Notes: generated by a model not told the origin, from the letters alone. Positions 28,546-38,422 are shown, counted from the stretch's first letter. The stretch: DNA of 64,000 nucleotides from an uncultured Candidatus Saccharibacteria bacterium (GCA_964593375.1 CAZQIF010000001.1:98185-162184), one strand, 5' to 3'. A program made the numbers and translations.

Positions 28546-29460
28546 ATGATTGAACGCTTTGAACAAGGAAAGCTAGCTTGGATAAGCCTTAAGAATCCAA
28601 CCACAGAAGAAGCGCAAGAAGTAATGATTTCCTGCGATATTCCACCGTCGCTCATGACTGACCTCTCGACACCTGTGCCACAGAGCGAGGCTATTATTGT
28701 TGACGGGGTCATTAAAATCACCCTCGACTTCCCTATTGTAAAGCGTGTGGACATGCAATATCCTCACGAAATTAAGTTTATTGTTTCCAAGAATTCACTC
28801 GTAACCGTCCAGTATGAGGACATGGAAGCAACGGACCGATTCAAAAAACAATTCGAGGTTGCCTCAACCTTGCACAAAGGAAACCATAGCAAGATGACCG
28901 GTGCCCACCTGTACATTCTCCTCATGAATGAGCTGTACAATGTAATGGAATCAAAGCTTGATTACCTTGAATCAAAACTTCTCGAGCTTGAAGAACAGAT
29001 TTCTCAAGATAAAGAAAAGGAAATCATTTTTGAGCTTTCAAAAATGAGTAAGAGAATGATTGCCTTTCGTCATGTTATACGATCTCACGAAGATGTACTC
29101 AAGGATGTAAAAGTGGAATTTGAAGCAGTTTTCCAGCATTCATATAGTGCCGAAGTCGAAGATCTTCAAGATACATATAATTACCTGTTGCGAAGACTCA
29201 CTACACTTTTTGAATCACTGGTTGACCTCCGTGAGACAAACTTCGCGCTCCTCACCACAAAGCAGAACGAAGTGATGAAGATACTTACTATCATGGCCTT
29301 TGTCACATTCCCACTTTCTCTCCTTACCTCAACATTCGGTATGAATACGGTTTCAACTCCTATAGTTGGAGATCCGGGGGACTTTTGGATTATTGTGAGC
29401 ATTATGGTGAGCGCAATGGTGTGTTTCTTTATATTCTTTAAATATAAGCGGTGGATTTAA
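28546..29460 (+). CDS. corA: CorA family Mg2+/Co2+ transporter
   Basis: A C-terminal two-TM segment with the GMN motif in TFGMNT. Confidence 0.85.
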   Translation: MIERFEQGKLAWISLKNPTTEEAQEVMISCDIPPSLMTDLSTPVPQSEAIIVDGVIKITLDFPIVKRVDMQYPHEIKFIVSKNSLVTVQYEDMEATDRFKKQFEVASTLHKGNHSKMTGAHLYILLMNELYNVMESKLDYLESKLLELEEQISQDKEKEIIFELSKMSKRMIAFRHVIRSHEDVLKDVKVEFEAVFQHSYSAEVEDLQDTYNYLLRRLTTLFESLVDLRETNFALLTTKQNEVMKILTIMAFVTFPLSLLTSTFGMNTVSTPIVGDPGDFWIIVSIMVSAMVCFFIFFKYKRWI

Positions 29461-29462
29461 TG

Positions 29463-29535
29463 CTGGTTTCTCAGTAATCAGTTATCAGTACTCAGTTACC
29501 TGATAACTGCTAACTGAGTACTAAACTGAACCACG
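29463..29535. repeat. Nested inverted repeats: cagttatcag..ctgataactg and agtactcagtta..taactgagtact
   Basis: Read directly. The word tactcagttac is shared with the inverted repeat upstream of the recombinase gene at 10307-10339. Confidence 0.6.
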
Positions 29536-29571
29536 GACAAAAGTCTGAGTTTTTGTTAGAATAGCGCTACT

Positions 29572-31047
29572 ATGTTTTCATTCTTTAGTAAAAAGCCTGA
29601 ACCAAAAGAATACTCCCCCATCCACCTCTTTAATACCCTTTCGAGTCAGAAAGAGCTTTTTAAGCCTCTTAAAGAAAATGAGGTTACGATGTATACCTGT
29701 GGTCCGACAGTCTACGATTATGTGCACATTGGCAATCTGGCATCATATATTTTTGCAGACACACTGAAGCGCACATTCATGTATGCAGGCTACACAGTGA
29801 AGCACACCATGAACCTTACCGACTTCGGCCATCTCACTGATGACGGCGATGCCGGCGAAGACAAAATGATGAAAGGGCTCCGCAAGGCAGGAAAGCCAAT
29901 TACCCTTTCCGCGATGCACGACCTCTCAGATGGATTTATTGACGCCTTCATGAATGACCTTGAGGAACTTAACATGGTGCACGCAAGCAAGTACACGCGC
30001 GCGAGCGACTATGTGAAAGAACAAATTGCACTCATTAAGACCCTTGATGATAAAGGATATACGTATGAAACTTCGGATGGTGTCTATTTTGATATCTCAA
30101 AGTTCCCCACCTATGGAAAGCTCGGTAACATTGACCTCGAAAAACTGAAAAGTGGCGCACGCGTAGAAGCCAACCCAGAAAAAAAGCATCCCGCTGATTT
30201 TGCACTTTGGAAAAAAGGCCTCCTTGGCTGGGACAGCGAATGGGGCAAGGGTTTCCCCGGATGGCACATCGAGTGTACCGCGATGGCATTTGCCTCCCTC
30301 GGAAAGCAAATTGACGTACACACTGGTGGCGAAGACCTCAAATACACACACCACAATGGTGAAATCGCTCAGGCTGAAGCAGCAACCGGTAAATCGCCAT
30401 ATGTGTCCTATTGGTTCCATAATGCCTTTATCACGATTGATAGCACTAAGATTTCAAAGTCTCTTGGCAACACCATTTCTCTTCACAATATTATTGACCG
30501 AGGTATTTCAGCCGATTCATACCGCTACTGGGTACTTACCTCTCACTATCGTTCTCAAGCAAACTTTACATTCGAGGCACTCCAGGGTGCAAAGCAGGCA
30601 CTCTTCCGCCTTAAGCGATATATTGTCGAAGAATACAAAAATGCTAAGGGTACGGTTGACCCTGCCTTCAAAGCAGCATTCATTACCGCCCTTGGGGACG
30701 ACCTCGATACACCAAAAGCAATCAGTATTCTCTGGGAACTGATTAAAGATAAGCGCGTCTCCCCAGCTGACAAAGTCGCCACACTCAAAGACTTTGATAA
30801 AGTGCTCGGTATTGGGCTTTCAGATGAACAAGACGAGGTGATTCGAGAACTCGGTATTGTTGAGCCAGATGAGGTACCCGATGAAATACAGCAACTCCTT
30901 GATGAACGTGAAGTCGCGCGTATTGCACGCAACTGGGATGAAGCTGATCGTCTTCGAGAAGCAATTAATTTCAAAGGGTATAACCTTGAAGACACTCCGA
31001 ATGGTCCACGCGTCTCAAAGAACTCTCCGCTTTCTGATACAAATTAG
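29572..31047 (+). CDS. cysS: Cysteinyl-tRNA synthetase
   Basis: MYTCGPTVYDYVHIGN and KISKSLGN (KMSKS) motifs are present. Confidence 0.95.
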   Translation: MFSFFSKKPEPKEYSPIHLFNTLSSQKELFKPLKENEVTMYTCGPTVYDYVHIGNLASYIFADTLKRTFMYAGYTVKHTMNLTDFGHLTDDGDAGEDKMMKGLRKAGKPITLSAMHDLSDGFIDAFMNDLEELNMVHASKYTRASDYVKEQIALIKTLDDKGYTYETSDGVYFDISKFPTYGKLGNIDLEKLKSGARVEANPEKKHPADFALWKKGLLGWDSEWGKGFPGWHIECTAMAFASLGKQIDVHTGGEDLKYTHHNGEIAQAEAATGKSPYVSYWFHNAFITIDSTKISKSLGNTISLHNIIDRGISADSYRYWVLTSHYRSQANFTFEALQGAKQALFRLKRYIVEEYKNAKGTVDPAFKAAFITALGDDLDTPKAISILWELIKDKRVSPADKVATLKDFDKVLGIGLSDEQDEVIRELGIVEPDEVPDEIQQLLDEREVARIARNWDEADRLREAINFKGYNLEDTPNGPRVSKNSPLSDTN

Positions 31048-31075
31048 AAAAAGCGCCCCATCGGGCGCTTTTTGT
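31047..31075 (+). terminator. Intrinsic terminator aaaaagcgccccatcgggcgctttttg
   Basis: A GC stem followed by a T run, immediately after the cysS stop. Confidence 0.8.
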
Positions 31076-31388
31076 TGATATTTGAATATTCAGAAGATCT
31101 TCGTCGCCAGCTTGACCACAAGTGGCGCACTGATGAGAACAGTGATGAAAAGCGGCCACGGACTGCGAAGTACGTGGCGACCAGACATATCCCAAACCAA
31201 GTTACCGAGCATGGCAAGAATGAGAACAATTTCCCACATTGCGAGGTTCATGGCTAACTCCTGTGAAAGAACCCATACAGAATACTCAGATTTTTTCAAT
31301 ATGCAATCTCACTTTCTTGACAGAACCCTAATCCCCAATTGTGCACGATTATCCTCAGTTTTGAGGTTTGAGTTGAGGGTAATTTTTC

Positions 31389-32825
31389 GTGATACAATTG
31401 CTTCACTATATGCCCGAGACAGAAATCCCAACACAGCAGAGCGGAACACGGAGTCGATTACTCCGAACTCCCCCACAGAATGTTGACGCTGAGCGTGCAC
31501 TCCTCGGTGCGATTATTTTGAAACCGGAAACGATGCACGATGTCTCGGTGACAGTGTATCCTGAATCTTTTTTTGCCGATAAGCATCGAGAAATTTTCCG
31601 CGCCATTCTCGACACCTTCATGAAGGGTGACCCAATTGATATTCTTTCCATCACGACAAAACTAAAAGACCGAAGTCTCCTCGAACGAACTGGTGGTGCA
31701 AGCTACATCACTGAGCTCGTCGAAACTGTTCCTGCTGCAAGTAACGCACTCTACTATGCCGAGCTTGTACAGAACAAAGCAATTCTCCGTGGACTCATAA
31801 ATGCGGCCGATGATATTGCTGAGATTGGATATTCTGACCCTGAAAATGTCGATGAAGCAATGGATAATGCTGAAAAAAAGATTTACCAAGTTACGAATGC
31901 ACCAACGACACAGAAATTTACTTCAATTGGCAGTTCACTCGTCGAGGCGTGGGATAGATTTGAAAAACTCAATTCTTCGGGCGATGCAAAGCGTGGTGTG
32001 CCAACAGGATTCACTGCACTTGATAACCTCACTGCAGGACTTCAAAAATCTGACCTCATCATTATCGCAGCGCGTCCGAGTATGGGAAAGACAACGCTCG
32101 CACTCGACATTGCACGAAATGCCGCGCTTCTCCACAAAGCATCTGTTGGTATCTTCTCACTTGAAATGAGCGACCAACAACTCGTCGACCGCATGCTCGC
32201 AGCAGAAGCAGGTGTTGATTCGTGGAAACTCCGCACCGGTAAACTCACCACAGACCATGAGTTTGAAGCGGTACAGGCCGCAATGGCTCGCCTTTCTGAA
32301 GCACCGATTCATATCGACGACCAGCCCGGAAACAATATTCTCAAAATGCGTTCTTCTGCACGTCGTCTCAAGAATGAACATGGCCTTGATCTCCTTATTG
32401 TTGATTACCTCCAGCTCATGAGTCCGACATCAACGAAAGCAAGTGATTCAATGGTGCAACAAATTACAGAGATTTCTCGTTCACTTAAAATCCTTGCCCG
32501 TGAGCTCGATGTGCCAGTGATTGCACTTTCTCAGCTCAGTCGTGCCGTTGAACAGCGCGGGGGCAAGCCTCGCCTCTCTGACCTTCGTGATTCTGGCTCG
32601 ATAGAGCAAGATGCCGACCTTGTGATGTTCATTCACCGCGAAGACAAAGTTAATAAAGCGTCTGACCGCCCAAATATTGCTGAAATTCTTATTGAAAAGC
32701 ACAGAAATGGTCCCGTTGGTTTTGCGGAACTCTATTTCGACGAAAAGCACGTGCGTTTCCTCAATCTCGATACACACCATGCAACTGGTAGTGCGGGTGA
32801 CGCTGGTGGCGCAGATGATTTTTAA
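31389..32825 (+). CDS. dnaB: Replicative DNA helicase DnaB
   Basis: The N-terminal domain ERALLGAIIL, Walker A ARPSMGKT and LIVDYLQLM are present. Confidence 0.95.
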   Translation: MIQLLHYMPETEIPTQQSGTRSRLLRTPPQNVDAERALLGAIILKPETMHDVSVTVYPESFFADKHREIFRAILDTFMKGDPIDILSITTKLKDRSLLERTGGASYITELVETVPAASNALYYAELVQNKAILRGLINAADDIAEIGYSDPENVDEAMDNAEKKIYQVTNAPTTQKFTSIGSSLVEAWDRFEKLNSSGDAKRGVPTGFTALDNLTAGLQKSDLIIIAARPSMGKTTLALDIARNAALLHKASVGIFSLEMSDQQLVDRMLAAEAGVDSWKLRTGKLTTDHEFEAVQAAMARLSEAPIHIDDQPGNNILKMRSSARRLKNEHGLDLLIVDYLQLMSPTSTKASDSMVQQITEISRSLKILARELDVPVIALSQLSRAVEQRGGKPRLSDLRDSGSIEQDADLVMFIHREDKVNKASDRPNIAEILIEKHRNGPVGFAELYFDEKHVRFLNLDTHHATGSAGDAGGADDF

Positions 32826-32839
32826 TTTGATTCACTCCA

Positions 32840-33454
32840 ATGACGACACTCGAAGAACTTATCAAACTATTTGAACGCTTCCCTGGCATCGGAGGAAGAC
32901 AGGCGCGTCGTTTTGCGTATCATCTTCTTAATGAAGAGGCTGACACTGTGGCAAGACTCTCCGAACTTATTCGTAACATCCAAGGCACAGTGACTGAATG
33001 TTCTTCCTGCTTCCGCTTTTTCACAAGTGAGCGTGGAAACAGTGAATGTAGAGTGTGTAGTGACATGGCTCGTGACAATACCAAACTTGCGATTGTAGAG
33101 CGGGAGTCTGATTTAGATGCCCTTGAACGCTCTAAAACGTATGAAGGCTACTACTTTGTGCTCGGTGGCACCGTTCCCCTCCTTAATTCAGAAGATATTA
33201 AGAAACTTCGTGGTGGTGCACTCAAAAGTATTGTCCTTCAAAAAGCACAAAAGGGCCTCACAGAAATTATTCTCGCTTTTTCGGTAAATCCCGACGGTGA
33301 AAACACTGCACGATATGTAGAATCAATTCTCAAAGACATTGTTGCGGAATACAAAATTAAAGTGAGTCAGCTCGGGCGTGGGCTTTCGACTGGCTCTGAA
33401 CTTGAGTATGCAGATCCTGAGACGATTAAGAACGCTTTGCAAAATCGTTTATAG
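32840..33454 (+). CDS. recR: Recombination protein RecR
   Basis: The N-terminal HhH LPGIGGRQARRFAYHLL, a C4 zinc finger and a Toprim region are present. Confidence 0.9.
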   Translation: MTTLEELIKLFERFPGIGGRQARRFAYHLLNEEADTVARLSELIRNIQGTVTECSSCFRFFTSERGNSECRVCSDMARDNTKLAIVERESDLDALERSKTYEGYYFVLGGTVPLLNSEDIKKLRGGALKSIVLQKAQKGLTEIILAFSVNPDGENTARYVESILKDIVAEYKIKVSQLGRGLSTGSELEYADPETIKNALQNRL

Positions 33455-33542
33455 AAGATACTGAATATTGAATAGAAAATATTAAATAAGAAATCCCCGC
33501 GAGCCGTGGCTTGCGGGGATGAAAAAGATGTCCATATAGTTC

Positions 33543-33806
33543 TTATTTGGTCACGCGGAATTGTGCAAGTGCGAACAACAGTGTACTTATCACAACACCC
33601 AGAACGAGTGACCACCAGAATTCAATATCTAGAACAAATGCAACCCCACACACGAACCATGCGACGAGAAAGAGAGACCGAGTGACGTAGACCCCTTTGA
33701 GAAAATATGACCGTTCAAGTACAGAATCCACGCTGTTGAGCTGATAGACTGCCACAAAAACTTCAGTCATTGCAACAAAGAAAACTGCGACTCCGAAGTA
33801 CACCAT
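33543..33806 (-). CDS. Hypothetical small 3-TM membrane protein
   Basis: The ORF has a consensus promoter 60 nt upstream. The start is taken at MVYFGV; the ORF is open to 33905. Confidence 0.35.
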   Translation of the reverse strand: MVYFGVAVFFVAMTEVFVAVYQLNSVDSVLERSYFLKGVYVTRSLFLVAWFVCGVAFVLDIEFWWSLVLGVVISTLLFALAQFRVTK

Positions 33807-33876
33807 GACACCTTGCAAATCGAAAGAATTCACGCGTATTCTCCCAAAAACACTTCGGACGTCCCGAATTAAAAAT

Positions 33877-33905
33877 ATTGTACAATATTCTATATTGTGT
33901 GTCAA
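33877..33905 (-). promoter_or_regulatory. Consensus sigma70-like promoter on the minus strand, TTGACA-17 nt-TACAAT
   Basis: The reverse complement of tgtcaa ... attgta, read directly. Confidence 0.55.
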
Positions 33906-33906
33906 C

Positions 33907-33937
33907 GAAAACCCCCGCGCTTTTGCGCGGGGTTTTT
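33907..33937. terminator. Intrinsic terminator aaaacccccgcgcttttgcgcggggttttt at the 3' end of rplU
   Basis: A perfect stem flanked by T and A runs. Confidence 0.8.
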
Positions 33938-33941
33938 GTGA

Positions 33942-34289
33942 TTATTTAAGTGATTCGATTGCTACTGTAGCATATTTCTGTCGATGACCAATCTTTCGGT
34001 CGCGGTTTGATTTTGCCTTGTAGCGAACGATGGTGATTTTCTTTCCTTTCTTTAGCCCTTTGTATGTTCCCTGCACCTTGGCTCCCTTAATGTATGGCGC
34101 GCCAATCGTGGTGTCAGAACCATTATCTACCATAAGGACCTTATCGAAGGTTACCTTGTCTCCTTCCTTGATTTCACTATCGAGGAGCTCAACTTCAACA
34201 ACATCTCCTACTGAGACCATATACTGCTTTCCGCCAGTCTCAATGACCGCGAATTCAGTGCTTAATGCTGTGGTTTCCTTCTTTTTCAT
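33942..34289 (-). CDS. rplU: 50S ribosomal protein L21
   Basis: FAVIETGGKQYMVSVGDVV matches L21. Confidence 0.95.
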   Translation of the reverse strand: MKKKETTALSTEFAVIETGGKQYMVSVGDVVEVELLDSEIKEGDKVTFDKVLMVDNGSDTTIGAPYIKGAKVQGTYKGLKKGKKITIVRYKAKSNRDRKIGHRQKYATVAIESLK

Positions 34290-34368
34290 AACGTGCCCGT
34301 GATTCTACTAGAAAACCCTAAAATATGCAACTAAAGAACGGTTGCTCTAATAAAACAATAATATGCTA

Positions 34369-34396
34369 TTGACTAATTTATAATCTATGATATGAT
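34369..34396 (+). promoter_or_regulatory. Putative promoter TTGACT-16 nt-TATGAT with RBS aggaga before the ATG at 34430
   Basis: Motifs read directly. Confidence 0.45.
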
Positions 34397-34429
34397 ATTT
34401 ATGAAGTTCACAACATACAGGAGAAGTTC

Positions 34430-34687
34430 ATGGACAAAACGAATAAGTACGGATGGATTCTTATGATTGTTGTCGGCCTATTGCTTATAGTTATCGCCGA
34501 ACGAGGCGATACGGTAAGCTCTGAGATTATCACGCTCGCGCAGACCGCGTGCACGACAAACGGAGGTCTGGACACAATCGAAACGAACCATGTGCCAGTC
34601 CTTGGCATAGACCTCCGGAGCGAGTATAGGGTTAGCTGTAAAAACGGCATGGCAGTCACCATGTCAAACCTGAAACTCGGAAAGTAG
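34430..34687 (+). CDS. Hypothetical small secreted/membrane-anchored protein (85 aa, two Cys)
   Basis: Supported by a promoter, an RBS, an N-terminal hydrophobic segment and a downstream terminator. Confidence 0.45.
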   Translation: MDKTNKYGWILMIVVGLLLIVIAERGDTVSSEIITLAQTACTTNGGLDTIETNHVPVLGIDLRSEYRVSCKNGMAVTMSNLKLGK

Positions 34688-34693
34688 CATCCC

Positions 34694-34733
34694 AAGACCC
34701 GCCCACGAGAAAGACTCGTCCGCGGGTCTTTTT
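34694..34733 (+). terminator. Intrinsic terminator gacccgc...gcgggtc followed by ttttt
   Basis: A stem-loop followed by a T run. Confidence 0.6.
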
Positions 34734-34743
34734 CTTATTTTAA

Positions 34744-34770
34744 TTATTTAGGGGTCCGACCCCTAAATAA
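34744..34770. repeat. Hairpin repeat ttatttaggggtccgacccctaaataa, copy 1 of 3
   Basis: A perfect hairpin immediately 3' of the stop of a minus-strand gene. Copies lie at 36100-36124 and, half-length, at 39405-39422. Confidence 0.7.
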
Positions 34771-36003
34771 TTACTGAGGATCCTGGGGCTTCTCGAGCGG
34801 TGATGATTTTCGCTTACCGCACGCCTGACACACGGGAAGATCTACAAATCGTGCGTTATGGCAGTGTTCGCAACTTGCATAGACTTGATACCCACAACGT
34901 GGACAAAATACCATTGTGTTATCGAGCGTAAATGAGCACTTTGGACACTTGTGGTCTTTGAGGCGTCTGATTGCGACAACAGCGCTGTTGTACACGCGCT
35001 TTTGAATGACATACACAATCCCTCCAAAAAGCAGAATAACGAGCACCACTGACCCGTAATAGAGCACGTAGCGCAATATGGCGACCTGCATGAAGATATC
35101 AATAATCAGTTGAATGAGTGCGTGTGGAATAATTTCGTAGAGGAACATACCCACAACTTGGAGGAATAGGAGTGAGGAAGCGACAAAAATTGCACCTGCA
35201 ATAATCGTATACGGGCTATTTCCTTTCTTGAAACGGAAGTAGTAGCGCATGCTGAGGACAAAGAACGGAATGATGAAAAGCAGAGTGAGTCCAAACACCT
35301 TGAGGCGATACCAATTCACTGCTTTGTTGTAGAGTGAGAGGGCTTTGTCATACTGTGCCTCGTAAGTTGGAACCTTCGTTTGTATCTGCGCAAGAAGTGC
35401 ATCTCTTTCTCGCGTGAGTGCAATTACCTGTGCTTGGCGTAATGCTATTTCATCGTCAACGGTTACAACGGCATTTTGTTCTGTCCCCACATCGAATGCA
35501 CCCTCGATTTGTGCCTGTCGTTCTTGCAGACTAATGTCGTAGTTTGAGACTGCCTGACTCCGCTTATATTTAAGCTGTTCTATAGTGTTGCTCAAGGTTG
35601 AGACTTCAGTACTTTTTGCAAAATACTGTTTCAGCAAGGGTTCCACCGAAGTGATACTGCTACTTACACCAGATTCATTTTCATAGGTACTGAATGTACA
35701 GTTCCCTTTTTGAAGTGATGAATTCGAGTAATATCCATAGTCGTAACCGTAGCCAGAGTACTCATTCGTGTTCGTTTGTACATTAAGTACGGAAGCGAAC
35801 TCACGAGCGCAAGAAGAAATGGTTACCGGTCTTTCTGGAATACTGCGTAAATCTCCAAAGACTGTTTGTGAAATTCCAACAATAAAAAGTGCCATCAAAA
35901 TGAGCAGAAAATATCCAATTTTTGTTGTCTTTTTTTCGCTTATCTCCTCATACGCATCTCCATCTACCGGGCTCTGTTTCTTACCAAAAAACCACATATA
36001 CAA
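34771..36003 (-). CDS. Hypothetical membrane protein with a Tyr/Gly-rich segment, a coiled coil, multiple TM helices and a C-terminal double zinc ribbon
   Basis: CPKC...CPRCG...CEHC...CQACG at the C-terminus. I recognise no family. Confidence 0.5.
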   Translation of the reverse strand: MYMWFFGKKQSPVDGDAYEEISEKKTTKIGYFLLILMALFIVGISQTVFGDLRSIPERPVTISSCAREFASVLNVQTNTNEYSGYGYDYGYYSNSSLQKGNCTFSTYENESGVSSSITSVEPLLKQYFAKSTEVSTLSNTIEQLKYKRSQAVSNYDISLQERQAQIEGAFDVGTEQNAVVTVDDEIALRQAQVIALTRERDALLAQIQTKVPTYEAQYDKALSLYNKAVNWYRLKVFGLTLLFIIPFFVLSMRYYFRFKKGNSPYTIIAGAIFVASSLLFLQVVGMFLYEIIPHALIQLIIDIFMQVAILRYVLYYGSVVLVILLFGGIVYVIQKRVYNSAVVAIRRLKDHKCPKCSFTLDNTMVFCPRCGYQVYASCEHCHNARFVDLPVCQACGKRKSSPLEKPQDPQ

Positions 36004-36099
36004 TGTTTAATACAATAAATACTTCACCATTAATACTACCACCCGCTCCTCTGCGATTATTGTTCACATCTATATAAAGTGGACAGATATAAATCCACC

Positions 36100-36124
36100 T
36101 ATTTAGGGGTCTGACCCCTAAATA
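36100..36124. repeat. Hairpin repeat tatttaggggtctgacccctaaata, copy 2
   Basis: A perfect hairpin immediately 3' of the rmuC stop. Confidence 0.7.
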
Positions 36125-36126
36125 AA

Positions 36127-37293
36127 TTACTCAATCTCCTGAGGTTTTTGTGCTTCAATCTCGAACACTTTATGTGGAATCCTGGGTTCTACTTCGATTT
36201 GTGGAATATCGGGCTCAACATCAATTCGAGCTCCTTTATCATTTATCCTGTCAATTACTGGATATACACGAGCGTCCCATGACCCTGCCATTTCATTGAA
36301 TTTATTTGTTGCCTGTTTGAGGGCACCTCCAATTCCGACGACATGTCCCATAAAAATTTTTAATCTGTCACCCAACAATGCAATGTCTTTTACTACTCGT
36401 TGAATATTTTCGGTAGACCTATGTTGTTTCCAAGCATGTGCTATAAGCACGATTAAGGGCATTATTGTTGCTGGACTTGCAATCATGACATTTTGTTCCT
36501 GGGCTTCACTATAGAGATTTGCATCTTCCTGAAAGATTGTTCTCACAGCAGGTTCACTTGGAACATACATTATGACGTAGGGAATCTTTCCATCAATTTT
36601 TTGATATTTCTTTGATGACAAGTCTTTAACTCTCCCCCGAATGTCCTGAATGAACTTTGCAATATGGCTTTTCCTTTTTTCTTCATCCTTTTCTTCAACA
36701 TATTTAAAATATTCCTGTAAACTTGCCTTGGAGTCAATTGCAAGTTGCGAATCATTTGGCAGATTGATTATCACGTCAGGACGCTGAGATTGGTCTTCGT
36801 CATTCTGAATCGTTTCTTGTGTTAAAAAATTAACCCCCTCAGACAAGCCAGACTGTATGAGAAGATCTTTAAGTGCCGCCTCCCCCCAACGCCCCCTGAT
36901 TCCGCTTGCAGATGAAAGCACAGTTTTAAGGTTTGTTGCTGTTTCTTCCACTTTTGTGCTTGCAGTCAAAACTGATTTGATATTTTCACTTAGAGCACCA
37001 AACTGCTCTTTTCTTTCTTTCTCATATATGTTCACCGCATCCTTCAGCCCTTGTACAGTTTGATGTATTTCCCTATTTTTATCTTCAAAGTCATTTCGAA
37101 AGTCATTTTTTTGTTCTCTCAGAACATCAGTTGCGATTGATTTAAATAACGGCCCAAGTTGGTCATTATTTCCCTTACTTTCATCAAGAATTCTTTTTTC
37201 CGCTGCTAATTCTTTATTTTTAATATATGAGGCTACAAAAAAGCCAATAATACCTCCTAAAAACATTCCTATGAGTATTTGAATTGAATCCAT
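36127..37293 (-). CDS. rmuC: DNA recombination protein RmuC
   Basis: An N-terminal TM segment, a coiled coil, GRWGE and PDVIINLPNDSQLAIDSK motifs. Confidence 0.85.
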   Translation of the reverse strand: MDSIQILIGMFLGGIIGFFVASYIKNKELAAEKRILDESKGNNDQLGPLFKSIATDVLREQKNDFRNDFEDKNREIHQTVQGLKDAVNIYEKERKEQFGALSENIKSVLTASTKVEETATNLKTVLSSASGIRGRWGEAALKDLLIQSGLSEGVNFLTQETIQNDEDQSQRPDVIINLPNDSQLAIDSKASLQEYFKYVEEKDEEKRKSHIAKFIQDIRGRVKDLSSKKYQKIDGKIPYVIMYVPSEPAVRTIFQEDANLYSEAQEQNVMIASPATIMPLIVLIAHAWKQHRSTENIQRVVKDIALLGDRLKIFMGHVVGIGGALKQATNKFNEMAGSWDARVYPVIDRINDKGARIDVEPDIPQIEVEPRIPHKVFEIEAQKPQEIE

Positions 37294-37349
37294 TACGTAA
37301 TTCTATCATGATAACTATGGTAATATATAGTTCACATAATAAAGAAACT

Positions 37350-37805
37350 ATGGAACTACACAATCAAATCAAAGACGAACTCAAAATTGCCATGAAGGCA
37401 CATGATGCAGTACGGCTTCGCACGGTGCGTAGTATGCTGACAGCCTTTATGAACGAACTCGTGGCGACAAACCGTAAGCCACAGGAAACTCTTGTTGACG
37501 TTGAAGTTTTAACAGTGATTAAACGCCTCGCAAAACAGCGAAAAGAATCAATTGTACAATTTGATGCTGCAGGCCGAACTGATCTTTCAGGCCCCGAAAA
37601 GGAAGAACTCGTGGTTCTCGAATCCTACCTCCCTACCCTCATGTCACGTGACGCAATCCGCCCGATTGTAGAAGCGAAGATTACTGAACTTGGATTTACT
37701 GATAAATCTAAAATGGGCATGCTCATTGGTTCCTTAATGAAGGAACTTGCAGGTAAGGCAGATGGAGCAGACGTCAAAGCTGTAGTTGAGGAATTGCTCA
37801 AATAA
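37350..37805 (+). CDS. GatB/YqeY domain protein
   Basis: ELKIAMKAHDAVRL..LR matches the YqeY pattern. The ORF is open from 37284. Confidence 0.85.
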   Translation: MELHNQIKDELKIAMKAHDAVRLRTVRSMLTAFMNELVATNRKPQETLVDVEVLTVIKRLAKQRKESIVQFDAAGRTDLSGPEKEELVVLESYLPTLMSRDAIRPIVEAKITELGFTDKSKMGMLIGSLMKELAGKADGADVKAVVEELLK

Positions 37806-37875
37806 TTTGAAACTGGATTCCGGCTCGTCGGCCGGAACGACAACCACCGCGGAAAGTGAAACTTTCCGCGGTGGT
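37805..37875. repeat. Structured repeat element, copy E: ctggattccggctcgtcggccggaacgac-aaccaccgcggaaagtgaaactttccgcggtggtt
   Basis: Two perfect hairpins. It is homologous to the DR unit of copies A and B. Confidence 0.7.
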
Positions 37876-37935
37876 TTGCGTTTTACACAATGTATGGTAT
37901 AATAATACTCAGATAAACCAACAAAGGAGTACATC

Positions 37936-38151
37936 GTGGGCGTACGAAAACGAATTACGCTTACCCGAGAAATGCTCGGGCGACTGCGCGTAGCAGTTCG
38001 CTTGGCAAACAGGGACCAACATCAAGCAACCACTGCTGTTATGACTTCTCTCCAGGGAGTACCGTTCGGCGAGAGTTACATTCGAATTCGAGACGAAATG
38101 ATCGTTCGTTTGAAGAAAACCATCGCAAATCAAAACCACAGGAGGACGTGA
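37936..38151 (+). CDS. Small basic protein, possibly ribbon-helix-helix-like (RKRITLTREMLGRLRVAV)
   Basis: A GTG start 7 nt after RBS aaaggag. It overlaps the next ORF, suggesting an operon. Confidence 0.35.
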   Translation: MGVRKRITLTREMLGRLRVAVRLANRDQHQATTAVMTSLQGVPFGESYIRIRDEMIVRLKKTIANQNHRRT

Positions 38152-38408
38152 TGGCAACAAAAAAGCCGAAGCCTGTTCCCCCACCCCATGTCGCTCGTGC
38201 AAAACTTAAGGGAGATACAGAGGCCCTACGTGCGATGGGACGAATTGGCGGCAAAAAGGCAGCGCTATCGAAGGCTCGTCAAAAGTTCCTTGCGGAACTT
38301 CACAAGGAACTTGACGAACTCCAGAAGCAACTCGAGGAGGAGTTTCGTCAACAAGAAATGTACGACAAGGCCGTTCAGGCCAACGAACACACCCATCCTG
38401 TCGACTGA
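38151..38408 (+). CDS. Hypothetical small protein (Lys/Pro-rich N-terminus, coiled coil)
   Basis: RBS aggagg lies 5 nt upstream. A terminator follows at 38423-38459. Confidence 0.4.
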   Translation: MATKKPKPVPPPHVARAKLKGDTEALRAMGRIGGKKAALSKARQKFLAELHKELDELQKQLEEEFRQQEMYDKAVQANEHTHPVD

Positions 38409-38422
38409 GACTGAGTGGTACG

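Noticed and set aside
31082-31486. 134-aa plus-strand ORF upstream of and overlapping dnaB
   Set aside because: Its composition is non-protein-like (RS-rich). It overlaps the dnaB start region and has no RBS.
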